A stretch of DNA of 64,000 nt. Source: a virus. The DNA lies in the IMG/VR virus record IMGVR_UViG_3300023035_000005, positions 92,708-156,707 of that record; one strand, written 5' to 3'. How positions within the stretch are numbered: position 1 is the stretch's first letter; each line of letters opens with the position of its first letter. Under the pieces are notes generated by a model that had not been told where the DNA came from, ran no database searches, and saw only the letters and a program-made list of their open reading frames with translations. The position numbers and the translations under genes were made by a program. Shown here piece after piece: positions 48,420-59,200 of this stretch.

Positions 48420-48560
48420 GCTGCCTTCCGTAGGACTGACTTCTCCTGCCTCCTCCTGCCGTAGGATGGCAGTCCTTCCTGCCTCCTACGGCAGGAGGAC
48501 TGCCTCCTACGAAGTCAGTCCTTCCGTAGGAGGAAGGAGGAGGAAGGATGGCAGGAGGAG
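48420..48560. repeat. GC-rich element cluster
   Basis: Same units as the 10990-11300 and 12780-12930 clusters. Confidence 0.8.
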
Positions 48561-48663
48561 AAAAGATGTATAAATAAATTGAAATTTATTACTTTAATAA
48601 ATATACATTTATTATAAACGAAGGACGTCTATGTTTAGATCTATAGTTCAGGATCAAGCATAT

Positions 48664-48734
48664 AAGTGTGTATAAGACTTGAACTTATGCAATAGTAGCC
48701 GTAGTACTATATTCTACCATTAAATTAACACACT
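48664..48734 (-). tRNA. trnR: tRNA-Arg(ACG)
   Basis: AGTGTGT/ACACACT acceptor; TAGTA CTACGGC TACTA anticodon arm; TAAGTTCAAGTCTTA T-arm. Confidence 0.88.
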
Positions 48735-48922
48735 TTATCTTTAATTTTATATAAAATTAAAGATAAAAAAAAGGGACTAACTCGCTATTAAGAGCGGATC
48801 CTTCGGAGCCACCCATAAGCATCATAAATAGGGGATGAACTGTTAGAAGTAATCAGGATATATACTATAAAAAAAAAAAATATATAAGCAATTTATGAGC
48901 TTGCGCCTTAAAAGATACACAG

Positions 48923-49705
48923 TTAATCACCTCCATCCGCCTCAGATATATCAGGCATCTCACAACTTTGTTTCTCTAAAACATAATCTAATGGTGAAGA
49001 ATTACCTCCTACATTTTCATTTGAGGTACCTTGATTTGAAGAACCTTGACCTGAAGAACCTTCACCTGAAGAACCTTCATTTTTTTCAGTTTTAACCCTT
49101 TTACTATTAGGTTCATCCTTTGCTTCATCCGAAGAAAGTCTTCTTTTACTATCAGAAACAGAACCTGGATCATTTCCTCCTGTTTCTGTAGGATGTACAG
49201 ATTCGCTTTTAGTACCAGTAAAAGTATAATGACGGGCAGATCCTAAAGAACTCAGAGTATCACTACTACCAAATCTCCCTTCGCCTCGTCTGCTTCGAAA
49301 TTCTACCCTAAGCTCATCAAAACGCTCAATAAAAATATCATGGGTACGCTGCACAGAGGAAGGTGAGTCAGGACCACCGTCATCAGGATCACGTACCATA
49401 TTTTTGACAGAACTAGCATATTCACGAATATACTCATCCGGTACTTCTCTAACAGGAGCATCAGTCATACCATGCATCCCTTGTTCTCAATAAGAACGGT
49501 TAGAGTCTGTCGCATAACCAGACTCAGAAGAACTTCGACTTTCCGACTCAGAAGAATTTCGACTTTCTGACTCATTATGATTAGAGTTACCTTCATCAGA
49601 ATTCTGTGTGCCATCATTATTTAATAGATAACTACTTGTGGAAAATGGTTTTGCAAAAACTCTAGGAATAATTAATGAATTAGTTTTCTTCCGTAGGACT
49701 GCCAT
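48923..49705 (-). CDS. hypothetical Ser/Asp/Glu-rich protein, 260 aa in code 4
   Basis: Two supplied ORFs join through TGA=Trp. Confidence 0.6.
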
Positions 49706-49821
49706 ACTTCTGGCGTAGCACAGAAGGCAGGAGAAGTGGGCCAGCGGAGCGCGTAAATATTTTTCTCCTCCTGGCTGCTAACGAAGTATGGCAGCACTCC
49801 TACGAAGTCAGGCAAACGTGT

Positions 49822-50209
49822 TTAGAACGTTTTTTTTTCTAAAGATAGATCGACTAATGTATTTTCTAATATACTAAGTAAAGGAACTATTATTACAAAA
49901 TATGCAAAATATAAAACTGTACTTATTTGTCCAAATTCTATAAAAGGAGATTCGACATGTTTAGCTCCTAAGCTCATTAACACTAAGAAGTTCGCTACAA
50001 AAATATAGAAAGCTATTTTACCTAAAGGTCTAAATTGTAATCCTTTGGATCTACCTAAATCAGTTATAGGTAATAACATTATAGCTAATATCGCACTGAA
50101 CATAGCAATTACTCCTAAAAGTTTATTAGGAATAGATCTTAATATAGCATAAAAGGGTAGTAGGTACCATTCAGGTACTATTGCAGGTGGTGTTTGCATA
50201 GGATTTGCC
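49822..50209 (-). CDS. cob: cob terminal exon
   Basis: PEWY motif through to TAA. Confidence 0.95.
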
Positions 50210-53200
50210 CAGATCGAATTAGTCTGACATGATGTTATTCCTTCTAGCACCCTGACTCTCAAGCTTATTTCTTAGTTAAGGGTACTCATAAGTAAAGAAA
50301 AACCAGTATTTTATCTTCCTTGCGTACTCGTAGTTAGCCTAAAAATTTTGGTTAATTCAATCTGAAATAATTTTATCTCTATATTGCACAGCAGCTGCTA
50401 AAGCTTTATCTTGACCGTCTCAAGTTGAACACATAAATGCCTTATTAGACTTCGGTAATTTCAAAGTAGAAGGGAAACGTACTTGTCAACCTCGAACTTT
50501 GCGGTCCGACGTATATATAAAAGAAATATAGTATTCTCCCTCATCCCTACGAGCAGAAGCTGCTTTTAATCAATCCTCGATACGATCCATTCAAACTTCT
50601 TTATCTGTGAAACGTTTATTAGTATTTGCGTATATTTTATTAACAAGCGCTCTTAAACCAAAATAAGTGTGATGGCCTCCTGACTTAACCAACCGCTCTA
50701 CTCAAACTAATAAATTAAAACTATCACTTTTTCCGTACAAGAAATGTGAAGAATTTTTCAACAAAGGAAATAGAGAATTAAATACATTATTAATTCCTTT
50801 AACTATTAAAGTGCACGTAGTAGCACTTTTCTCCAAAGAAGTTTTAATATTAAGTGCGTTTAAAGTGTCAGTCATTATTTCCATAATATATTTATTAGAT
50901 TCAGTATTAGATTGTACTATATTAAATAAAGGACAAATAACCACAGTGCTATTTTTCTCTTTCCATTCGAGTTTCAAATGTAAAGAACCATCACCTAAAA
51001 AGAATCCCAGTATAAATAAGAAAGAAGGTTTTATAGCATTATCTTTATAAGAAACCTTGGGTAATTCTTTCAATAAAGCCGGATCTAATTCTAAAGAAAG
51101 TAATTTCTCTTCTAAACTTACTTTATAATGAGAGGAATAACCAGTTAAAGAATAAACAAGGCTTACTAAATGAACTTTAGACATATTATCCGAAGTCTGT
51201 TTGATGTGATTTTTTAAAGCATAAATTTTATTTAGTTTAAGTATAGCACGGTATTTTTCACCATATAGCGTAGTGAAATATGGAACAAACACAGAAAAGA
51301 AAGTATCTCAACCGGACAATCTATAAGCGATAACAAATTTACCCAAACTATTTAAAGTTATACTAAAAGTCCCTTTGTTACATAAAGCTTTGTTTAATCT
51401 AATAAAAAATTTGACACTTTCTATCGAAAACAATTGAGTTGCCGTGCAAAGAGGATAAAAATTTAACCCAGATCTAAAAATACCACCAATATACCCTTCC
51501 GCTTGCCAGAAACCGTTGGCAAGTAAACAAAATTCTTTATCTGAACCACCTTCTGATGGATCCGAATAGTTTTTTAGGGTCAAAAATAAACTTTTAACTT
51601 CAGAAAGAGTCATTAATTTATTACCTACTTTTCCTTTAACGGTAGATTTAATATCGTTTTCCGGTTCAGTTAGGTGAGATTTATCTTGATCACTAGAAGA
51701 TATAATACTTTCAGTCTTTAAGTAAGTATAGAAAGTAGCTAAATAACAGATATGCCTGACTAAGGCCTTCTCCCTAAATAAGTTTAAACCTATCCATTTA
51801 ACGGAACCTTCTCGTAAAAGAACTTCCTGCATCCTTTCAGATGGGGCTTGACTATATCTTAAGCTTGCGCCAACCTACATTTAGTCGATGAACTGCACAC
51901 CATTTATTATTGGTGCTTGGCTGCGGATTACCCATTTATCTATATTCATAACTATTAGCCCCCATTCATCCATCCACCCATCCATCCATCCATCCATCCT
52001 TCCTAACAAAGTTAAGGATGGAAGGAAGGAAGGACGATAAGTTTTATGAAAAGCTTTAGTAGCCATCACATAAATAATCAATTTCGATTTTACCATACCC
52101 CGAGTCATTACCTGGGCCATAAGATGTATTACTACTCCTACTTGGTTGAGATTGCTTTAGGGACTTCCCGCAATTTGAAGGTTTAATAGCCAGAAGTTCA
52201 TTCTGACAATAACTAAGACTCCTTAATTATATAATTATCACTATCTCCAAGATAATTAGGCATAAAGAATACAAATAAACTTAATACAAATATAAATATA
52301 AATATAGTTATTAAATCTTTAAATAAGAAATAAGGGGCAAAAGGTAATCTGTCATAATTACCTGATACACCTAAAGGATTACTTGCGTAACAAATTCGAC
52401 TGTACATTAAGCATTCTATAAAGAATACCCACCGGCGACCCAGTCTGTAGCGACCATATTTTATACAAAGTAAGGATTAATATGCCCGACGGTCTTGTAT
52501 TAATATTCGGTGCTTCTCTCTCAGCCCTGATATATTTTAACTCCATCCTAAGCGACTAAGAGAGATATTAATATTTTAACCGTTTTCACCAGCATTGCCA
52601 AAATATAAGATGGCGAAGATCCTATAATTTAAGTCTCCTGTCGGAGACTTAGAGATAAATATTTATCTCACGACTACTTATATATATTACAATCCTAATT
52701 TGTAGCGCATACTAGGAATTATGTAAGGTACAACTAATTCTTTTAATAATGGCATAGATTCTAGTTTAATACATAATTGATAATTATTTTTATTTTTACG
52801 TATCGTGCTTTTTATATTAAATCTAGTTTCTAAAGCTAATGATAATAACATTACCTCTTCTTGTGTAAAACAATTCGTATGAAGTCTAACCCTGAATCTG
52901 TGAAAACTACCACTCTCACAAATCCAAATGGCTAAACCTAGAGGTGTTAATAATTCAGCTATATTTTTTGGTACTCTTTTTTGCTTATTATGACTATAAA
53001 ACAATTTTCATAGCCATATTAAACTTCTATAACTATACGTATCAAAACGGTAGCCTATATACTGCAATTTATCACCCTCTTTAAAAAAAAGAGGTAAGTT
53101 ATTAGTACAATAACCCCTTTTATTAAAAAATTCGTATAACCAAAAGATATAATCCTTATGTGCTTCAGATTGTTTAAATCTAAATCTAACACCTCCACTT

Positions 53201-56200
53201 TTTTCCCGCTCAAATAAGCAACCGCCTAGTAATAAACCTACCGACAAAGAGATCACATCATGGTTATGCGGACCTATTCTTTTAGAAGGTTTAAAATTAG
53301 GCAATATAAAAGCTAGCTTTATTACTTTATTAGAAAGTTGTCTTCTCGCGATCAAGGGTAGTCTAAGTATACACCGAGCATTATCGTGATTAGAAGTGGA
53401 GGATAGTTGGATTGATGTAGATTTTATATATTTAAATTTAGGGCCAAGTATAAGTTTTTCCTTTTTATGACTCTTTACTCTCATTTATCACTTTCTTTAT
53501 TAATAATTCTTTATTACCTACTCTTACGGGTTGATTTTTACCTAACCTTGTGGTAACTGTACGTGGAGCTAAGCCTAAAAATTTAGCGCATTCAGATATA
53601 GAATCAAATGTATTAAAGACTAAACCATTTTTTTCTAGGAGTTCTACTTTAATATTACCGCTTCCTGTGTAATATTTATTTAAAGACTTGATGAATACTC
53701 TTCCATCCTCTTTTATCTCCAGATTAGAAGGTCCTCCTAATAATCTTACAATATCCAATTGAAGGGCATCCTTTTGGGCTTGACTCATTCTGGATTTGTT
53801 ACTTGATAATCTATTAAGATTCATTTGACTAAAAATAAGATTTATAACTCTAACTCCTTCTTCAACATAGTGAAGACCTAATTTTTTAAGTTCTAAGATA
53901 GTTTTTCAGTCTTTATAGTCTTTTTCTTTTTTAGAATGTCAAGTTAAAGAATCAAAGAAAGGTATTAGCACATTAGTTATATAGTCAACACGACTGATAA
54001 ATAAAGAATTTATATCCTCAATGCTACTACGAATTCTTTTATCTGATGATATAGATACCGCATGGCTGTGGTTACGTCAAATACGGCTTACACCTAAATT
54101 AATAAAGAAATCTTGTATAGCTTTCATTAAATCTGAATTATGCTTTTGAGTCAATGAAAAAGTTAAAGGGAAATTATTATTTTTTTGAACGGAAAAGCTA
54201 CCTTCCCCCTCTACAAATCCTAAAACTCAATAAGGAGTTATACGTAATTGATGAGATTTAGGCATAGTAAATTCAGTTCTCAAGCTATTCATTCCAATTT
54301 TTATCTGAGATATTAATTCTATGGTTGAAGGCAATTTTGATTTAGATGACACATATAATTCAAAGGCTTTTTTGTGCGGAGCGTCTAAATAATTAAGATA
54401 TTTGGTAGAATTAAGTGTAAATTTATCAAAAATCTCCAATAATATAGAAAGATCTTTATGTTTACTTACACGGAAATTTGCAATTTTACCAGAAGTATCT
54501 ACTTTACCTACTCCTAAATTTTTTTGAATTAAAAGTAAGACTTCTAGGTCATCAATATGTAAACCAATTTTAAACTCAAACTCATAACCAGATTCTTTAA
54601 CTTTTTTAATAAAGAAAGAAGATTCCGCGTCAGCAAATCCTACGAATCATTCCTTAAAATCATTTAAACTACTCCCTACTAGTGTACATTGTCTTCTGGC
54701 AAGTAGACAAGGTTTATTTATGGCAGAAGAAGTACAACTATAACTACGAACACTTACATTCGTGTGAATAAATTTAATACTACGACTTCTACAAAATTTT
54801 ACGGCTGTGTAAGCTAAAGAAACACGAGATAGCACACTAGTTTGGATAGCAGTGAAAAAGTCAAATATGTTTAACCAGACAATAATAATAATAGTAGTTA
54901 AATCTATAAAGAGTAAGTAAAGAGCATAAAAAGGTAACATTAGGTAACAAATAAAGATACCTTTTCTAAACCCCGCTTGATCATGGAGTGCTATTAAATG
55001 CATTAAAACTAAAGCAGCTAATACAAACGGTAATACAAAATGTAATGCGAAAAATCTATTTAAAGTAGCGTTATTAACACTGCATATGTGTTGATAGTCT
55101 CCATAATTTTAATCAATTATTCTCACTATTCGCAATAAATTTCTTTATTGATCGGACTATATCTTGATCTAAATTATAAATACATAATTAGTAGTTTGAA
55201 GGTATTTTTATTTTTTTATTATATCTATCTATTGTTCTTAATTCTTTTAACCACAATAAATATTGTAATTTTTTGTTACCAAGTAATTTAACAGGTGCAA
55301 ATTTAAGAAATTTTATAACATTCTCTATCGATCTAACACCTGTTACTTTTAATTTATAACAATTAAACTTATCACAATGGATAGCAGTAGTAAAAGAAAG
55401 ATATCTAGCTATAGCAGATAATAAAATTTCCGCATCTTTTTGAGAAACATCAAAGCTAGCTACTAAATAATCTTCATCTTTTTTTAGTTTATATATACTA
55501 AAACAACCCTCAGCTTCTATAAATCCTATTAACCAAGATGAAAAGTAAGGAGCATTTATTATTGATTGAATATCATTCAAAGATTCTGTACCTCTAGTAT
55601 AAGGAGGTAACTCTTCATATTTAATAATATTAGAGGTTAAACAATCTCTAAATCTTAAATAATCATATTGTTTATTAGAAAACATAGGATATTTATCAAA
55701 AATAGGCAAAATAAATTCTTTTAAATGGTTTTTATTTCTTATTCTTAATGAAACCATTTCTATTTCTCCTCTATTTCTAAAGCTAATCTCTCCTACTCCT
55801 AATAAACTTTTGATTTTATATATTAATTGAACATCTTTTTTAGATAATTCAATCCCTACTTCATATAATAAATAAATACCTTTTTTAGTTATAGAAAAAT
55901 AACCATCACCTTCAAATAAACCTACTATGTAAGCATACGTTAAAAAATAAATTCTTAGACCTTTATTATCGAGATTCTCATTCTTCTTAAAAGAATTATA
56001 AAAAGTTGTACGTAATTTTAGATTATTTTTCCACATCTCTTCCCATATTCATATTCTTCTTAATCTTTATAATTTGAGCTAACCCTTCTTTGGTTTTATG
56101 TAAATCCTTATTAACAATTTCTTGAATTTTTACAAAATCCTCAAAGTCTAGCTTTTTAGCTCCTATTAATTCTCCTTTAAGTATATTTATTAAATTATTT

Positions 56201-59200
56201 ATTTCAGACCTTCTAGTAATTGTTAAATTAACCATAGAATTTCTTTCATAAATTTTTCCTCAACCTAAAAATTCTTGTATCTTTAACATTAAACCCGAAT
56301 CCCTACTATGTTGAGGAAGAGAAAAACTAAGAGTAACTGCAAAACCTATTAAATGTGTAACATTTTTTCGAACTAAACATATAAAAGTACCCTCAGCTTC
56401 TATAAATCCTATTAATCACTTTTTATTAATAGCCCCCCTGCAGACGGCGACTTCCGTAGACAGCGGAGTCGAATAAACATTTACTTCAGGTCTTTGTACA
56501 GGTGTAATATCAAACTCTTTTTTAAGAATTTCATTTAAACCATTATTCATAGAAGCTTTATAAGCTAATATTTCTTTTAAACCCTCAATTTTTAAATGTT
56601 TACCTTGATTCATTAAATTTACAACTTCTTTAAATAACAGATAATCAGCTCTTTTTTTCGTTAAAAGAGGGTAATTCTCAAAATGAGGTATAATATTGTT
56701 TGTAATATCTTTAAGGGATCTTACTGTATAAATCACAGATCTATTTCCTATTTTATTATTTTTAATTTGAAGTGTACCAACTTGAAAATAATTTTTAATC
56801 TGCTCTAACAATAAATAATCTTTAATATGAAGATGTATGGAAAAAATAGGAACAACTACGTACCCTGCTTTATAATTATTATTTTTTAAAATAGAAATAA
56901 TAAAAGAAGATTCTCCATCAGAGAATCCCGTAATATAATAAGGATCTAGAATTAATTCTAGACCTCCTGCGTTTAGTCTCTGAGAGGCTTCGATAGTGGA
57001 AAGACTTCTAACCCCTGCCGATTGTCCCCGTGCCAGTGGGGTAGGGGCCCCACAGGTTTCACCCCCCCTGGGGGGGGAAACTATTACAATTTTCACGTAA
57101 ACAGTTAAAAAAATTAAAAATAAAACGTATGTAACTACTATTATAGGGGATATTCCAGCATTAAGCAGGATTTTTAATACCACGTCACCGTGATATGGTC
57201 CTAAGTGTTTAAAACCTCCTCAAATGACCGTTTAATTTTGTATAATTTTTAATATATACTTATATCCTTTCAAATATATTTAGACTATGTCTTAAATTTT
57301 ATTAAATGCGCTGTATATAGCTAACATTATAAAATCTAGGGGTTATCGTGTTGAGCTTATTGCTGGTTTAACTCACTCATTAGTCGTTGAACGCCCTTAA
57401 TTCATTTTAATAAACCGAATTAAGTTCCGCTACAAATAATCTAATAACCCGGAAGTCTAATTATGTTATTAAATGTTTTTGTAATTTTCCCCTTTTGCCT
57501 CTAAATAATAATTTTATTATATTTAAGGAGCCCATTTTACAGTTTAGGGTAATATAATTTACTATAACGTATAGAATTTTGTAAATTATTTAATCATTTT
57601 ATATATTCAATATATTTTAACCCTACTAATTTTCATATACTACCCTCCGGACGTCCTAGCACAGGGCCAGTCCTGGGCGTCCGAAGGAGGCTGATATTAT
57701 TTTCTAAAGACCTTTATTTCATAGCGTCCTTTATAAGGTTTAGTGTAATTTTTACTTAATTTAAGTTTCTCATATTTAAGAATTTTATCAGCATAACTTC
57801 CTATACCTTCGGCAGCTTTTCTTATTGAACTATATTCCGTGAAAACCTTAGTTTCTAAGTCAAGGACGGTTACTTTCATACTCTTCTTTTTGGCTAAAAC
57901 ATTTTTATTTAAATTTGCCAAATGCTCCTTTAATATAGCTCTAGTAGCCTCGCTATGTTTAACTCCTATTCTGGCAGCTTTTATTTTAGCTTTAACACTT
58001 TCTGAAAGAACACGTCCAGTTAAAGTTGCTCTAATTTTAGCTTTAGTCTCTTCTAAAACTGCAAAACCAGCTCGGGATCCGGCTATTTTTAATATATTAT
58101 ATTCTGGTTTTAAATAATCAAGATAAAATTGTTCTCTTTCAATAACATTTTCACTATTACAATATTCTAGTATCTCTAACCTGAATTCAGAGTATCCATA
58201 TTTAATTATAGATTTATAAATTATACTACGTTTAGCCTGACTTTCTATAAATCTTAAAGAATAATAGCTATAAAGACGTCGTCCTAAATCTAAACTAGAG
58301 CCAATATACATTTTCCCCGATTTATTGTGTACCCATCTATAAACTCCTGATTTTTTTCTATTGTTTTTAATTGCAATTTTTTTATTTTCAGAAGCGTTAT
58401 CATAAATAACTACTGGGGTTACATTAAAGCTAGAATTCGAAATACCTGGACATAATCCCTCCCCCGAACTGTAACATCGTAATTGAAAAATATTATTTAA
58501 TACTATGCTTTTTAATACTATGCTCTTTAATGCTAGGCTTTTTTTACATGTGCTTCAGTATTTCATGTTTTTTTTTAGTTTATCTACCTTCGTAAAGGAT
58601 AACTCTTGCGAGTGGACTCAGAGTCGAACTGAGTACTTGGAGGGTGAAGCCCCCTATTTTTCCCATTAGACTTTAAATTATACTCTTAAAAAAGCATATA
58701 TAAAGTTATTGATATACCTAATTCGAGGCGAGTAGTGCCTCATAAAACGCAAAACCTGTTTTATCTTCAAAAAAGAAATTAAGTACACCACTATTAATTT
58801 TTAGCAGAGTATCCTTCTAATAGATGTAAGCCTGAAAAAAGACCTGAAAAAAGAGAGCAATCATATTTTTAACTTTTTGTTTTACGATCAGTTTCAACCT
58901 TAAATCTAAAATTAAAGCCTCAAAGAACTAAATCTATATTATTTGAGGCACAAGCTTTAACTGCATACGTAGAATAGCGTTTAACTTTTTACACGTCTAG
59001 CCTTTTCACGTTTAATCTTTTCTTGTTGTTTTAAGATTCGCTTAAGATAATAAAAACCCTCCCTTTTAGACATAATTTTTCGAAAATCTTTTTTTACTCT
59101 TTTATAAGTAAGAGGGTTATCTTTGACAAACTGAACAACACCGGGATATAGTGAAGGACACAAAAATCCTATGAGTCAATCTTTTAAGGAAAAATTTAAA

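Noticed and set aside
50220-50520. A second ribozyme core in cob-779
   Set aside because: Most of it is the coding C-terminus of the endonuclease ORF and no P7 pair is visible
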